A DNA stretch of 34,320 bases from Thraustochytrium aureum (lineage: Eukaryota). Position 1 is the first letter of the stretch, and each line of letters starts with the position of its first letter. The DNA is taken from positions 1-34,320 of the forward strand of contig BLSG01000431.1 in the NCBI GenBank assembly GCA_012862495.1. Direction: 5' to 3'. Below, one piece after another: positions 32,233-34,320 of the stretch. The notes under the pieces are model-generated. The model saw only the letters and a list, made by a program, of their open reading frames with translations. It ran no database searches and was not told where the DNA came from. Made by a program: the position numbers and the translations under genes.

Positions 32233-32353
32233 AGCAAGGAAAGAAGGAAGGAAAGAAGGAAGGAAAAGATAGTGAGAGAGCGTGGCTGTGGTGGCGGCCT
32301 CTTCTGACTTTGGAGGATACCGGTACGCCTTCTCTCTCTCTCTCTCTCTCTCT
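32233..32353. repeat. (GAAG)n and (CT)n simple repeats
   Basis: ggaaagaaggaaggaaagaaggaaggaaaag and ctctctctctctctctctctctc. Confidence 0.85.
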
Positions 32354-32721
32354 AGGTACGCCATCTGACGAGGGAGGGCGTGGACCGTTGGTGCCGCTGG
32401 GGTTTGGCCGAGAGGGGCGATGACGTACTAAGCATGCGCCGGATGAGTGGGCGGTGTGCGCGGTCCTCACTCTGTGAATCCGGCTTTTTTTAAATTTACN
32501 NNNNNNNNNNNNNNNNNNNNNNNNNNNNNNNNNNNNNNNNNNNNNNNNNNNNNNNNNNNNNNNNNNNNNNNNNNNNNNNNNNNNNNNNNNNNNNNNNNNN
32601 NNNNNNNNNNNNNNNNNNNNNNNNNNNNNNNNNNNNNNNNNNNNNNNNNNNNNNNNNNNNNNNNNNNNNNNNNNNAGACGCGCAGCGGGAAGGAACGTCG
32701 AGGCGGCACGAGCAGGAGGAA

Positions 32722-34253
32722 ATGGCGGCCTTGCAACAGCTGGCAGCGGCAGCGGCAGAATTGTCGAAAGAGGGCAAATTCAAGGAGGCCGCCGCCAAGT
32801 ACGGCGAGATTCTGGCGCAAAACGATGAGATCGCCGAGGTTCACCTCAACCAGGGCGTCGCCCTCTCGAACGCCGGCGACCTGGACGGCGCGCTTGCGGC
32901 CTTCCAAAGGGCCGCCGAGCTCAAGCCCTCGCTCCCCGGCGCCCACGCCAACGCGGGCAACATCCTCAAGCGACAAAACCGTAACAAAGAAGCGGTGGCG
33001 TGCTTTCGCGACGCCGTAGACCAGGACGCCTCCCTGGTCTCCTGCTGGAGCAACATGGCCCACTGCCTCAACGCGCTCGACAAGTTCGAGGACGCGCTCG
33101 AGGCTTGCTCCGAAGGCATTGCGGCCGCCACGTCGCTGCACATCCCCCTTCACAACGAGCGCATCTTCGCGCTGTTCAAGCTCAGTCGGGCCGACGACGC
33201 CGTCGCCGACGTCGAGGCGATCCTCAGCGAGAAACCCTTGGAGAAGCTCGACCAGGGCCAGCGCGAGCTGTTCTGCATGATCTTCTCGCAGAAGGGATCG
33301 CGCCTGCTCTCCAAGGGCGACGCGAAGAGGGCGCTGACGTTCCTTGAGCGCGCCAGCGAGGGCGACCCCTCAGGGGCCAACCTGTTCCCGTACGGCGTGT
33401 GCCTCCTGCACCTCGGCAAGGACGACGAGGCGATTTCGGCCTCGAAAAGGCCGAAACCCTCTTGCCCGGTAACTGGCGCGTCCCCGTTGCGCTGGGCACC
33501 GCCCTGATGCGCCGCAAAGACTTTGAGGGCGCCCTGGCTGCTTTCAAGCGCGCCCTCGCGCACCCAGAGCCCCAGAAGGACTCGACGGTCATGTTCAACT
33601 ACGCCGTCTGCCTCATGAATGTGGGCAGGGACGCGGAAGCCAAGGACCCCCTTGAGTTTGTGGTCACGGCCGAGCCGGACAACCACGTCGCGCTCGGGCT
33701 GCTCGGCACGCTCTACCTCGAGGCGAAGGAATACGCCAGCGCAGTTGAAACGCTCGAGAGGGCCGCAGAGCTCCCCGGGGCCAAGTCCGACAGCTCCCTC
33801 ATGTACAACCTCGGCTACGCGCGCTTGATGGTGGACAAGCCGGACGAGGCGCTCGAGAGCTTCGAGGAGGCGGCCCGCATCGACCCCAAGAACGAGCAGG
33901 CCGCGTCGGCGGTCCGCGCGCTCAGCCCGGCCAAGGCGATGGAAAAGCGGGCTTCCAAGCGCGGCGTCGCGGACGAGAAACGCGCTTCCAAGCGCGACAT
34001 CGACGCCGAGATCCGCGAAACTGTGCGCATCGCGCAGGCGAGGGGCGCCAACCCGATGCGGACTGAGGAGGAGATGATCCGGGACGCGAAAAAGGCGCAG
34101 AATGCGCTGGAGCGCGCCAAGGCGATGCTCTCGGCGCAGCGGCCTCCCTTTGCGCGGCGCCCGTCCATGGAGGGGATTCGCCTGGGCTTTGTGACAAAGA
34201 TGGCCGAGGTGTACGACGAACTCACCTTGGAGAACCGCCAGCAGTCCTGGTAA
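32722..34253 (+). CDS. TPR-repeat protein (~510 aa after correcting one frameshift near 33440)
   Basis: Repeated TPR consensus (HLNQGVALSNAGDLDGALAAFQRAAELKP, MYNLGYARLMVDKPDEALESFEEAARIDPKN); adding one C restores EAISALEKAETLLP. Confidence 0.88.
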
Positions 34254-34320
34254 ACGCCCTCGCGCTGGCCGCGACGCAGCGACGGGCACGGCCTCTGCTG
34301 TCGACCACCATTAGCGCCAC

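Noticed and set aside
32300..32330. YPPKSE peptide shared between a spurious minus-strand ORF and the acyl-CoA synthetase C-terminus
   Set aside because: Different codons, six residues only, embedded among simple repeats; coincidence
14799..33441. Programmed ribosomal frameshifting or pseudogenisation as the cause of the broken ORFs
   Set aside because: No shared slippery motif, mixed +1/-1 direction, always in homopolymers, and no in-frame nonsense decay in the affected genes

Overview
Compact, GC-rich, intron-poor eukaryotic nuclear DNA from a draft assembly with 12 N-gaps. Gene style and content suggest a stramenopile, possibly a thraustochytrid/labyrinthulomycete; this is inference only. 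Recognisable genes: PEX3; a head-to-head pair of NIPA-type Mg2+ transporters; a DUF866 (CZIB-like) gene with a 94-bp intron; a small MGxxCC protein; a DUF2867-like protein; a divergent actin; a ~1,070-aa Frizzled/Smoothened-like 7TM receptor with a duplicated Cys-rich ectodomain; a coiled-coil protein; tRNA-Ala(UGC); a DUF218/YdcF protein; a CYP86-clan-like P450; a RanBP2-type zinc-finger protein; a long-chain acyl-CoA synthetase; the PP2A scaffold subunit A; and a TPR protein. At least nine single-base frameshifts fall in short homopolymer runs, two of them in the PP2A-A gene, and are best read as sequencing errors. At least one gap looks spurious. The best leads are the double-CRD Frizzled-like receptor, a PEX19-like amphipathic tail on PEX3, basic kinase-site arrays on actin/NIPA/TPR extensions, a cyanobacterial-type DUF218 next to the P450, and a zinc-less DUF866. 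No CRISPR array or intact mobile element was seen. Family calls come from remembered motifs, not database searches.
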